Shown piece by piece: positions 10,393 through 19,648 of a stretch of DNA of 64,000 nt; within the stretch, counting starts at the first letter, position 1, and the number at the start of each line of letters is the position of its first letter. The stretch is from Thermoplasmatota archaeon. GTDB lineage: Archaea; Thermoplasmatota; E2; UBA202; JdFR-43. Below the pieces are notes generated by a model. It had not been told where the DNA came from. It saw nothing but the letters and a program-made list of their open reading frames with translations, and made no database searches. The position numbers and the translations under genes are program-made. The stretch is taken from contig JAWAYL010000003.1 of the NCBI GenBank assembly GCA_038818725.1, positions 1,791 to 65,790 on the forward strand, in the 5' to 3' direction.

Positions 10393-11628
10393 TTAGCCTC
10401 TTATCTCTTCAATAATCTCCTTTGCTCTATCCATTCTTATTTTTCCTTCTTCAACCATCTTTTTTGCTACAATATCTATTTCCTCACCTTTTGCTCCAGC
10501 CATTATTGCTATATTTTGAGCATGAAGTTTCATATGTCCAGCTTGTATTCCTTTTGTTGAAAGGGCATAAATAGCTGCAAAATTTTGAGCAAGTCCAACA
10601 GATGCCATTATTTCAGCAAGCTCCTTAGCTGTTTTTACTCCCATTATTTTAAGACAAAGCTTTGCCATTGGATGAACCTTTGTTGCCCCTCCAACTGTTC
10701 CAACAGCGAGCGGGAGCTTTATTTTTCCATATAAGTCACCATTTTCATTTTTTTTCCAAGTGGTGAGTGGCTTATATCCATTCATACTTGCATATGCATG
10801 AGCCCCCGCCTCAATAGCCCGCCAATCGTTGCCTGTTGCAATTGCAACCGCATCTATTCCATTCATTATTCCTTTATTGTGAGTTGCAGCTCTGAAAGGA
10901 TCTAAGCATGCAAATTCATATGCTTTTATGACTTTATCAACAGCATTTCCTATTTCCTCCTTTTTATAAACTACTTCTGCTTCAGCCATTCTATAAATTG
11001 CAAGATTTGATATTATTCTGAGCAATGCTTTTCCATTTGTTATTTTTTCAATTAGAGGAGCAGTCGCCTCCGCCATTGTATTCACTGCATTTGCACCCAT
11101 TGCATCCCTTACATCTACAAGAAGATGCACTACTAACATATCATTACTTAGCCATCTTACTTCAATATCTCTTGCTCCCCCTCCAAATTCAACAAGCACC
11201 TTATCCTGAGCATTTGCAAGCTCTATTATATCTTCCTTTCTCTCCATTATTTTCTTTTCAGCATCTCTGCATGGATTTAAAACCTGTATCTGTCCTATCA
11301 TTATCGGCTCACTCGCCTTTGCCCTAAATCCCGCAGGGCGAGCCATCCTTGCCGCATTTGAGGCTGCAGCAACAACAGATGTTTCTTCAATTGCCATTGG
11401 AATAAGCAATTCTTTTCCATTTATTATAAAATTTGTTGCAATTCCAAGCGGAAGTTGCATGCATCCAACAACATTTTCAATCATTCTATTTGCTATATCT
11501 TTTGGAAGAGCATTAAAAGAAATTAGCTGATTTGCTTCTTCATCGCTAAGTTCCGCGAATTCCTTAACAATTTTAACTCTTTCTTCCATACTCATCTTAT
11601 AAAAGCCGGATATGCGAGACGATTTCAT
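10393..11628 (-). CDS. hmgA: Class II HMG-CoA reductase (bacterial/Thermoplasma/Archaeoglobus type)
   Basis: Near-identical blocks to Pseudomonas mevalonii HMGR: LPKDIANRMIENVVG, DVRDAMGANAVNTMAEA, YRAATHNKGIMNGID, GHMKLHAQNIAIMAGA. Start chosen at MKSS by alignment. Confidence 0.9.
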   Translation of the reverse strand: MKSSRISGFYKMSMEERVKIVKEFAELSDEEANQLISFNALPKDIANRMIENVVGCMQLPLGIATNFIINGKELLIPMAIEETSVVAAASNAARMARPAGFRAKASEPIMIGQIQVLNPCRDAEKKIMERKEDIIELANAQDKVLVEFGGGARDIEVRWLSNDMLVVHLLVDVRDAMGANAVNTMAEATAPLIEKITNGKALLRIISNLAIYRMAEAEVVYKKEEIGNAVDKVIKAYEFACLDPFRAATHNKGIMNGIDAVAIATGNDWRAIEAGAHAYASMNGYKPLTTWKKNENGDLYGKIKLPLAVGTVGGATKVHPMAKLCLKIMGVKTAKELAEIMASVGLAQNFAAIYALSTKGIQAGHMKLHAQNIAIMAGAKGEEIDIVAKKMVEEGKIRMDRAKEIIEEIRG

Positions 11629-11697
11629 AAAAAACAATTTTATTTCAATATAAATAATTAACCGACAATTTTATATCTACCTTTCATTTATCTAAAT

Positions 11698-11859
11698 ATG
11701 GCAAAGAAAAGCAGGAGTGGCTTCCAGTCCGCTGCTGGCTTAGTAAGGTATTTTGAAGAAGAGAAAACAGGTTTAAAAATTGACCCAAGGTTTATAGTTG
11801 TTTTTTCAATCCTCACTGTAGCTATTGTTGTTGCAATGAAATATCTTTTCCCTGTCTAA
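11698..11859 (+). CDS. secG: Preprotein translocase Sec61-beta subunit (not in the supplied ORF track)
   Basis: 53 aa, MAKKSRSGFQSAAGLVRYFEEE... followed by a single C-terminal TM helix. Classic archaeal Sec61-beta N-terminus. Confidence 0.6.
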   Translation: MAKKSRSGFQSAAGLVRYFEEEKTGLKIDPRFIVVFSILTVAIVVAMKYLFPV

Positions 11860-12555
11860 ATGTATGTCTTCATTCTCGGTCCAGCGGGCGCAGGCAAAAC
11901 GAGCATAGCAAAAAATTTATCGAAGCATGGAATTTTAATAAATCTTGATGCTGCAACCCCTTGCAATGCATGCATTGATATAAGAAAATGGGTAAAAATA
12001 GAGGAAATTCAAAAAAATTATGCTTTGGGAATAAATGGTGCTTTATTAAAAAGCATGGAAATAATAAGCAATATGGATGAATGGCTTGTTAAAGATAAAA
12101 ATAAAATTAAAATTGTAGATACTCCAGGACAGCTTGATATTTTTTTATATCACGATTATGGAAGAAAAATAGTTAAGAAAGCATCTGAAAATGATATTGT
12201 TTCATCTGTTTTTGTTATGGATGCAAATGAAATTCTTTCGGTTGAAAATTACCTTGCAATGCTTGCTCTAAATGCAATTATAAATTTGCGCCTCTCAATT
12301 CCTTCAATAACTGTTATAAATAAAATAGATACGATTAATGTTGAGCAAATAAAAAAATTTTTTGATAGAAAATATTTGAAAAATGAAATTAAGAAAGGGG
12401 ATGCTATTGTATCTCTTGCTTCTGGATTGATTGATTATATAGAATATACAAGCATTTATTCTCGTGCTATTCTTACTTCTGCAAAAACAGGCGAAGGAAT
12501 AGATGAATTATATGATGCAATTCATGAAGTTCATTGTTCATGTGGTGAGCTATAA
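11860..12555 (+). CDS. GPN-loop GTPase homolog with variant GIN motif
   Basis: G1 GPAGAGKTS, G3 DTPGQLDIF, G4 NKID, C-terminal HCSCGEL. Collinear with Pyrococcus PAB0955, but the GPNGA motif reads GINGA. Confidence 0.7.
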   Translation: MYVFILGPAGAGKTSIAKNLSKHGILINLDAATPCNACIDIRKWVKIEEIQKNYALGINGALLKSMEIISNMDEWLVKDKNKIKIVDTPGQLDIFLYHDYGRKIVKKASENDIVSSVFVMDANEILSVENYLAMLALNAIINLRLSIPSITVINKIDTINVEQIKKFFDRKYLKNEIKKGDAIVSLASGLIDYIEYTSIYSRAILTSAKTGEGIDELYDAIHEVHCSCGEL

Positions 12556-12605
12556 TTTTATGATTGAACCATACATTTTATAAATAAAAAAACATTTCTT
12601 TCAGC

Positions 12606-14897
12606 ATGAAAAAGATAGCAATACTTATTGCAGGAATTATGTTTGTGTCATTATCCAGTTTTCCAAGCAAAGCATTTTCCAACGGAGGCGAGATTTCTGG
12701 TGTTGCATTAGCAGTTGATGGAAATATAATTACTGTTGGCTACATGCTTGAGAACGATAAATATGTAATGACTGTTGAAAAATATGACAGCCAGAATGGA
12801 TATTTAATCTGGAGCAAAAAATTCGGTACATATTCACAGAATATTGGAAAAGCAGTTGTTGTTGATGCCAGCGGAAACATTTATGCGGGCACAGTTGCTG
12901 GCAGGAGTGCTGCGGGGATTGAAATCCCATCAACCGACTACTTAATTGTCAAATATGATAAAAATGGAAAGGAGATATGGAATAAAACATATGATAATGG
13001 TTTTGCAGATTTTTTAATGGATATGGCAATAGATGAAGATAATAATGTTTATGCAACTGGAATGACCCTTTATCTTTCTGGTGGGCAGAATTTATCGAAT
13101 ATAGATTTCTGGACAATAAAAATTGGTGGGGATGGAAATATAATCAAGCAGGATAAATATGATGAGGAGATGGATGCAGCTTTTGGAATAGATATTAAAG
13201 GAAGTAAGGTTATTGTTGCGGGAACAGTTCAGAAAGGAGAGGAGCAGAGCAAATACTGCATAGTTATTTATAACAAAGATTTAGTTCCTATTTCAACCAT
13301 ATATTATGAAACTGGAATATGCTCTGCATCTGATGTTGCAATTTTCGATGATGGAAGCTTTGCTGTTACAGGAAGCAAGGATGATGATATATTAACAATT
13401 CTTTATGATAGCAATGGAAATAAGAAAAAAGAATTTATTGAAGGAGGAAATAAAAAAGATGATGCCCTCGCAATTTCTTCTGATGGAAGCAATTTTGTTA
13501 TAGGTGGTTATGCAACTGAGAATTTTAAAAAGAAATGGTATATTGCAAAATATACTCAGAATTCAAAATTGTGGGAAATAAAAGATGTAGAAGGAGAAGT
13601 AAAAAGAGTTTTAATAGATAAGGAGGGAAATGTATATGCAGTTGGTTATAAACTTATAGGAGGAAATGAAATTCCATGTATAAGGAAATATTCTTCAAAT
13701 GGAAATTTTATATGGGAAGGAAAAGCAGGTGAGCCACCTCAGCCCTTAAAAGCTGATTTCAGATGGCTTCCTCCAAGCCCAACAAGAGCAGATGTTATTA
13801 GATTTTATGATAACTCAACTGGAGAAATAAACTCATGGGAATGGGATTTTGGAGATGGAAGCTTTAGTTACGAAAAAAATCCAAAGCATAAATACACTAC
13901 TGTTGGAAAATTTAATGTAACTTTAAAGATTAGGGGTCCAGAAGGAGAGGCAAATGTAACAAAGGAAATTTATATTTCAAATGCTCTTCCATTTGCTGAT
14001 TTTGACTGGAATCCAAAAAATCCTGTGGAAAAAGTAAATATAACTTTCAATGCAAGCATTAGCTATGATTTAGATGGAATCATAGTAAATTATACTTGGC
14101 AATTTGGAGATGGAAGCATTGCATATGGAAAAGAAGTTATTCATGCTTATAATAGCAAGGGAAATTATACAGTCAATTTGACAGTGTTGGATAATGACGG
14201 AGGAGAAAAAAGAATATCAAAATTAATTATAGTTGGCGAGAAAGAAGCAAATCCACCATTTGCAATTTTCAAAATTAAAGAAAGAGCTGGAAAGGGAGAA
14301 ACTGTTTTAATTGATGCAAGTGAGAGTTATGATAATGGCACTATTGTCAAATATATATGGGATTTTGGAGATGGAGCTAATGTAACAAAAACTCAGCCGT
14401 TTGTAGAGCATGTATGGTATAAGGATGGTGAATACAGGGTTACACTTATAGTTGAAGATGATGAGGGGTATCAATCATCGTATTCAAGGATTATAGTCGT
14501 AGGGGGTTTGCCAGAGTTAATGATTAATGCGCCATCTGAAATCTCTTGTGAGAAAAATAAAGAAAAATCTTTTAAAATTAATATTTCAGCTGTTAACCAA
14601 TCCTTATTCTATTTGAATTTCTCTTTTGAAATTGAGGGAAATATTGAGGTAAATCCACAAATAAATAACTTTAACATTTCTGCTGGTGACATAAAAGAGA
14701 TTGAAATAAAAGTTATTGCAAAGGAGAAAGGAAAGATAAAGATAAGATTAATTGGAGAAGATATAGAAAATAATGTTCCAGTAGAAAGCAATGAAGCAAT
14801 TGTTTTGGTTAATTTATCAGAAAAAACACCTTCTTTTGAGCTATTTGCATTTATATTTGCAATAATTGCTGTTTTGCTAATAAGAAGAAGGAAATGA
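12606..14897 (+). CDS. Secreted surface protein: SBBP-like beta-propeller repeats, three PKD domains, and a PGF-CTERM-like C-terminal sorting tail
   Basis: Signal peptide MKKIAILIAGIMFVSLSSFPSKA. PKD signatures WEWDFGDGS, YTWQFGDGS, YIWDFGDGA. C-terminus TPSFELFAFIFAIIAVLLIRRRK. Confidence 0.75.
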   Translation: MKKIAILIAGIMFVSLSSFPSKAFSNGGEISGVALAVDGNIITVGYMLENDKYVMTVEKYDSQNGYLIWSKKFGTYSQNIGKAVVVDASGNIYAGTVAGRSAAGIEIPSTDYLIVKYDKNGKEIWNKTYDNGFADFLMDMAIDEDNNVYATGMTLYLSGGQNLSNIDFWTIKIGGDGNIIKQDKYDEEMDAAFGIDIKGSKVIVAGTVQKGEEQSKYCIVIYNKDLVPISTIYYETGICSASDVAIFDDGSFAVTGSKDDDILTILYDSNGNKKKEFIEGGNKKDDALAISSDGSNFVIGGYATENFKKKWYIAKYTQNSKLWEIKDVEGEVKRVLIDKEGNVYAVGYKLIGGNEIPCIRKYSSNGNFIWEGKAGEPPQPLKADFRWLPPSPTRADVIRFYDNSTGEINSWEWDFGDGSFSYEKNPKHKYTTVGKFNVTLKIRGPEGEANVTKEIYISNALPFADFDWNPKNPVEKVNITFNASISYDLDGIIVNYTWQFGDGSIAYGKEVIHAYNSKGNYTVNLTVLDNDGGEKRISKLIIVGEKEANPPFAIFKIKERAGKGETVLIDASESYDNGTIVKYIWDFGDGANVTKTQPFVEHVWYKDGEYRVTLIVEDDEGYQSSYSRIIVVGGLPELMINAPSEISCEKNKEKSFKINISAVNQSLFYLNFSFEIEGNIEVNPQINNFNISAGDIKEIEIKVIAKEKGKIKIRLIGEDIENNVPVESNEAIVLVNLSEKTPSFELFAFIFAIIAVLLIRRRK

Positions 14898-15529
14898 GTG
14901 AAATAGAGATAGCAAGATTTTTTATAGGATTTGCAGTGCTTGCCTATGCTTCATATACAGATATAAAAACAAGAGAAGCAAGTAACTTTTTATGGATTTT
15001 TCTCTCTTTTATTGGAGTTATTTTTCTTTTTTCTTATAACCCAGATGATTTCTTCAAAATTATTATCTCAATATCTGTCTCATTTTTAATAGGCCTATTG
15101 CTGTATTTTTCTGGCATGGGCGGGGCGGATGTAAAAGCCATCTGGGCCATTTCACTTCTTCGCCCTCTTTCAAATGATATTTTTTTTATTTTTCCAGTTA
15201 GTGTGCTTATAAATTCTCTTTTCCTTATTTTGCCTCTTCCCCTAATCTTCTTTATCTATAATGCTTATAGAAAAAATCTTGAATTTCCTTACTGCTTTTT
15301 TGGATATAAAATGAAAGCAGACATTGCAAAAAATAGTTTTGTTTGGGCAATGGAAAAAGACGGTAAAAAAAGTATAACTCCTCAAAAAGATGTTGATTTA
15401 TCTTCTTATGGCAGCAAAGAAATATGGGTCACGCCTCAGCTACCCTTCCTTCTATTTATATTTTTTGGTTATATAACCGCATTTATTTTTGGAAATTTTC
15501 TATTTGCTATCTTTTCTTTCTTTAAGTAA
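14894..15529 (+). CDS. A24-family aspartic peptidase (type IV prepilin / preflagellin peptidase, FlaK/PibD-like)
   Basis: Polytopic membrane protein. Catalytic Asp candidates D23 (YTDIKTRE) and D79 (GMGGADVK), matching FlaK D18/D79 and PibD D23/D80 spacing. Confidence 0.7.
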   Translation: MSEIEIARFFIGFAVLAYASYTDIKTREASNFLWIFLSFIGVIFLFSYNPDDFFKIIISISVSFLIGLLLYFSGMGGADVKAIWAISLLRPLSNDIFFIFPVSVLINSLFLILPLPLIFFIYNAYRKNLEFPYCFFGYKMKADIAKNSFVWAMEKDGKKSITPQKDVDLSSYGSKEIWVTPQLPFLLFIFFGYITAFIFGNFLFAIFSFFK

Positions 15530-16117
15530 TCTTTCAATTTCTTCAGCCCTCTTTTTCATTGCTTCTATAAATCTTTTCTGGCTTGTAACAACATTTTTTA
15601 AAGATTGTTTAAATTCTTCAGTTGCACAATCAATAATAACTTCAATTAATCTTGTATGCCTATTTATTGATCTAACTATTTTTAAATATTCCTCTGCAAT
15701 TTCTTCTCCAAGCTTGTTTTTTAACTCTTTATAAATTTCTTCTGCTTCTTTTTCTTTTTTAAAAATATCCTCTATTTTTTTCTCTAAAGTTTTTTTTGTA
15801 AATGGCTTTACTATATAATTTTCTATTTTATCTATTGGCTTATCTTTTGCATCGAGAGGAGTAAGAGGGAGTGCTGTGAGCATTGAAACAGGTATATCTT
15901 TTAATTTTTCATCTTCCTTTAATTTTTTAAGTGTTTCCCATCCATCCATTTCTGGCATCATTATATCAAGAAGAATTAAATCGGGCTTTTCTTTTCTTGC
16001 TTTTTCAATACAATCCTTCCCGCTATATGCTTTTATTATCCTATATTTTTCTTCAAGCATATTTTCTACAAGCTCAACAATTTCTTTTTCATCATCAACA
16101 ACAAGTATTTTTTTCAT
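15500..16117 (-). CDS. Response regulator (CheY-like receiver) with helical C-terminal domain
   Basis: MKKILVVDDE...DLILLDIMMPEMDGWETLKKLK receiver signature. Confidence 0.8.
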   Translation of the reverse strand: MKKILVVDDEKEIVELVENMLEEKYRIIKAYSGKDCIEKARKEKPDLILLDIMMPEMDGWETLKKLKEDEKLKDIPVSMLTALPLTPLDAKDKPIDKIENYIVKPFTKKTLEKKIEDIFKKEKEAEEIYKELKNKLGEEIAEEYLKIVRSINRHTRLIEVIIDCATEEFKQSLKNVVTSQKRFIEAMKKRAEEIERLLKERKDSK

Positions 16118-16764
16118 TTGAGCGCCTCCTGAAGCTTTACAAGAACTTCCCTTATAGTAGTAGATGACTCTATTATATCTTTCACAAGTTGTTTCCCAAA
16201 TGGCTGAAAATCCTCGCCCCCGCCTGCCTCTATCCTTTTTCTTATCATTTCCATTAGCGCATCTATCGGTGGCATTTCTAGATAGATTTTTTCTATTTCT
16301 CTTTCCCTGAGATATTCCTTAATTCTATCAATAAATTCCACAGATGAAAATATTATTGAGATATTTAATCCCTCATCAAGCTTGCTTAGCAAATATTTAA
16401 AAATATTTTCATCTTTAACATGCTCAACTTCATCTATCATTATTATTACGGGCCTCTCAGAATATTTCTTTTTAGAAAACAACCTTGAAAAAAAGGATGC
16501 TTTTATTTCCTTTTCTATTTTTTCTTTAAAGCTATCAAAACTTATTTCTCCTCCATGGAAATATATTGCTTTAACTTTATATAAGGGAGCAAATTGGTTT
16601 ATCCATAGCAGGAAAGTTGTTTTTCCAATTCCTGTTTTACCAAGGAGCCAGAAACAACTGCTTTTGCTTCCCAATGCTTTTAATATAATTTTTCTCGCCT
16701 CTTCCTTATAAACCATAAAATTGGGGTTTGGCTCATTTGGGTTCAAAAACAATTCTTCTGGCAT
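16114..16764 (-). CDS. Small P-loop (AAA-like) ATPase, translationally coupled to the response regulator
   Basis: Walker A LGKTGIGKTTF, Walker B VIIMIDEVEH. 4-nt overlap with downstream receiver gene. Confidence 0.55.
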   Translation of the reverse strand: MPEELFLNPNEPNPNFMVYKEEARKIILKALGSKSSCFWLLGKTGIGKTTFLLWINQFAPLYKVKAIYFHGGEISFDSFKEKIEKEIKASFFSRLFSKKKYSERPVIIMIDEVEHVKDENIFKYLLSKLDEGLNISIIFSSVEFIDRIKEYLREREIEKIYLEMPPIDALMEMIRKRIEAGGGEDFQPFGKQLVKDIIESSTTIREVLVKLQEALK

Positions 16765-17044
16765 CTCAAATAAATATTTTTAAAATATATATTTCTTCTG
16801 CTTTTGTTCATCCTAAAAGAGCAACAGATTTGCAATTTTAAAATCTTTTTGTTGAAGCCTTTATTTTCTTCCGACAATCTCAAAAAATTCCTTCATTTCC
16901 ATTATATCTGAACATTTGCTTTAGTAAGCTATACCATTTTCCTATCTCTTTTTCGAAATTTTTAGAAGCAACGAATTAGATTTTTATATTAGAAAAGCTC
17001 TATATTTTCCCTAAAAGATTATAAATTCATAAATATAATTTTTC

Positions 17045-18127
17045 ATGGATTTATTTGACGAATTAAAAAAAGCAAAAGAGAAGGACGCAAAATTTAAAAA
17101 TATAATGGGCTCGATGTGCACTTTGCCTCATAAGTTTGCAAAGAAAGCATTTCAGATGTTTATTGAAACAAATCTTGGAGATTACGAGCTTTTTTCTGGA
17201 ACAAAAGAGATTGAGGAAAAAGCAATCAGTTGGGTTGCAAAACTAATGCATGCACCGCCAAGCTATGGAGGAATTTATACTTCAGGCGGAACTGAAAGCA
17301 ATATCACCGCTTTATGGATATTTAAAAAATTGAGCAATGGAAATGAAATAGTTTTGCCAAAGCAGGCTCATTTTTCCTTTATAAAAGCATCAAACTTGCT
17401 TGGATTAAAATTGAGTTTTGTAAATTGCAAATTCTATATGAAAGCAAAGGATGTAAAGAAAAAAATATCTTCAAAAACTACATGTGTTGTTGGAATAGCG
17501 GGAAATACAAATTTTGGATATATAGATGAAATAGAGGAAATAGCAGAAATATGTAGTGAAGAAAATGTTTTCATGCATGTTGATGCAGCATTTGGTGGAT
17601 TTATTGCCCCTTTTGTTAGCGAAAAAAAATTTGATTTCAGAAGCAAAATAAGCAGCATTTGCGTTGATGCCCACAAAATGGGGATGGCATGCATTCCTTG
17701 TGGTTTTCTTTTGTTGAGGGAAAAAAGCTGGCTCGAAGAAATAAAGATAAGGAGCAAATGCACTCATACTCGCTATCAAGCGAGCTTACTCGGCACCCGC
17801 CCTGGCGCAGGTGTAGTTTCTGCATATGCGGTGATGAAATATATTGGGAAAGAGGGTTATAGAAAGGTGGCAAAAGCTTGCATGGAAAATACTTTTTATA
17901 TGGTTGGTTTGCTTGATAAAGCGGGCATAGAATATTTTAAGCCGGAATTGAATATAGTAGCGATAAAAGTAAAGGAGCCATTTAAAGTTGCAAAGAAACT
18001 TGCTAAAAGAGGATGGTTTGTTGGAATAGATGAAGAAAATTCTACAATAAGATGCGTTATTATGCCTCATGTAAGCAAGAGAATGATTAATAAATTTGTT
18101 GAGGATTTAAAAAAGGTGGTAAAATGA
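17045..18127 (+). CDS. mfnA: PLP-dependent L-tyrosine/L-aspartate decarboxylase MfnA
   Basis: Group II decarboxylase; PLP lysine in VDAHKMG. Archaeal MfnA-like N-terminus and length (360 aa). Confidence 0.8.
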   Translation: MDLFDELKKAKEKDAKFKNIMGSMCTLPHKFAKKAFQMFIETNLGDYELFSGTKEIEEKAISWVAKLMHAPPSYGGIYTSGGTESNITALWIFKKLSNGNEIVLPKQAHFSFIKASNLLGLKLSFVNCKFYMKAKDVKKKISSKTTCVVGIAGNTNFGYIDEIEEIAEICSEENVFMHVDAAFGGFIAPFVSEKKFDFRSKISSICVDAHKMGMACIPCGFLLLREKSWLEEIKIRSKCTHTRYQASLLGTRPGAGVVSAYAVMKYIGKEGYRKVAKACMENTFYMVGLLDKAGIEYFKPELNIVAIKVKEPFKVAKKLAKRGWFVGIDEENSTIRCVIMPHVSKRMINKFVEDLKKVVK

Positions 18128-18663
18128 AATTAAAAGAATCAATAAAAGAAGCACCTATTATAAAGAAAGGAGAATATAATTATATTGTTCATCCAATAAC
18201 TGATGGAATACCATTTATTGAGCCAGAAATAATTGAAGAAATTGTAGATGAAATAATTAAGGAAATGCCATCTTGCAATAGAATTTTAACTATTGAGGCA
18301 ATGGGCATACCTATTGCCACTGCTCTTTCATTAAAAACTGGTTTGCCTTTTACAATAGTAAGAAAAAGAAAATATTCATTGCCGGAAGAAAAAGAAGTTA
18401 TACAAAAAACTGGCTATTCAGAGACAAAATTATATATAAACGGAATAAAAAAAGGAGATGAAATTGTAATTGTTGATGATGTAATAAGCACTGGTGGAAC
18501 GCTTATTGCTGTTGTTGATGCAGTGAAAGAAATAGGAGCAAAAATAAAAGGAATATTTATTGCAATAAATAAAGGAAATAAAGAAGAAATTGAGAAAAAA
18601 ATAGGAATGAAAATAAAGACAATTGTTGATATAGAAGTGAATGATGAAGTTAGAATACTATAA
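18124..18663 (+). CDS. Purine phosphoribosyltransferase (archaeal Hpt-like type I PRTase)
   Basis: PRPP-binding motif IVIVDDVISTGGTL; 179 aa. Confidence 0.65.
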   Translation: MKLKESIKEAPIIKKGEYNYIVHPITDGIPFIEPEIIEEIVDEIIKEMPSCNRILTIEAMGIPIATALSLKTGLPFTIVRKRKYSLPEEKEVIQKTGYSETKLYINGIKKGDEIVIVDDVISTGGTLIAVVDAVKEIGAKIKGIFIAINKGNKEEIEKKIGMKIKTIVDIEVNDEVRIL

Positions 18664-19618
18664 TATAGATGAAAATAAATTGCTTGAAGAAGCAAGAAAT
18701 GGAAAAATAGGAATTAAATTGCCAGATGGATTAGCAAGATATGCAGAAAAAATAATTGATTTTTTAAGTAAGCATGGCATAGAAGCAATTTTTATCGCAG
18801 ATTCATGTCATGGGGCTTGCGACTTTTCTGAATATGAAGGAATAGACAAAATAATATTTATTGGAGAAGCAGAAATGCCTTATTTAAAGAAAAAATATAA
18901 AATTGGAGCAATTGAAGCAATTTATGATTTCGATGAAAAATTTTTAGAAACTTTAATTCCTTTTATTGAAGAAAAAAATATCGGGCTTGTAAGCATCACT
19001 CCTTTTATTCATAAAATAGAAGATTGTAAAAAATTTTTTGAAAATAAAGGATATAATGTTTTCATTGGAAAAAAGAGCAGGAGAACAAAATATGATGGTC
19101 AGCTGCTTGGATGCGATTTTTCTTCAGCAAAAATGATAGCAAGAAATGTTGATTGCTTTGTTTTTATAGGAGATGGATTATTTCATCCTATTGGGCTTTA
19201 TATAGCAACAAGAAAAGATGTTATAGCTGCAAATCCTATTGAAAAAAGAGTTTATAAAGAAGAGATAAAAAAAGAGGCTGAAAAAATAATTAAAAAAAGA
19301 TATTCTTTAATTTATAAAGCAAAGGATTCAAAAAATTTTGGAATAATAGTTAGCAGAAAAATAGGGCAAAAAAGAATGGAGCTTGCGAAAAAATTAAAAA
19401 AGAAAATAGAAGGAAAAGGAAAAAAGGCAAGCATAATTTATATTGATGAGATTGATGAAAAGATAAATTATTTAGATTTTGATTGCTTTGTTTCAACTGC
19501 CTGTCCAAGAGTTGCTATCGATGACTCAGATAAATTTAAGAAACCATTGCTTACTCCTTTTGAATTAGAAATTTTATTTGAAGAAAGAGAAAGCTATGTA
19601 ATGGATGAAATTTATTAA
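18641..19618 (+). CDS. dph2: Diphthamide biosynthesis protein Dph2 (2-(3-amino-3-carboxypropyl)histidine synthase)
   Basis: About 325 aa with conserved Cys (SCHGACDF, LGCDF, STACPRVAIDD), typical of archaeal Dph2 radical-SAM-like enzymes. Confidence 0.8.
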   Translation: MMKLEYYNIDENKLLEEARNGKIGIKLPDGLARYAEKIIDFLSKHGIEAIFIADSCHGACDFSEYEGIDKIIFIGEAEMPYLKKKYKIGAIEAIYDFDEKFLETLIPFIEEKNIGLVSITPFIHKIEDCKKFFENKGYNVFIGKKSRRTKYDGQLLGCDFSSAKMIARNVDCFVFIGDGLFHPIGLYIATRKDVIAANPIEKRVYKEEIKKEAEKIIKKRYSLIYKAKDSKNFGIIVSRKIGQKRMELAKKLKKKIEGKGKKASIIYIDEIDEKINYLDFDCFVSTACPRVAIDDSDKFKKPLLTPFELEILFEERESYVMDEIY

Positions 19619-19648
19619 AAAATAAGGAAAAAGGGATGTTATTTATCT

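Noticed and set aside
12606-14897. The PKD surface protein as a direct substrate of the adjacent A24 peptidase
   Set aside because: A24 enzymes cleave N-terminal class III signal peptides. This protein has an ordinary Sec-type signal (cleavage after SKA) and a C-terminal sorting-like tail, so the adjacency is probably not a substrate relationship.
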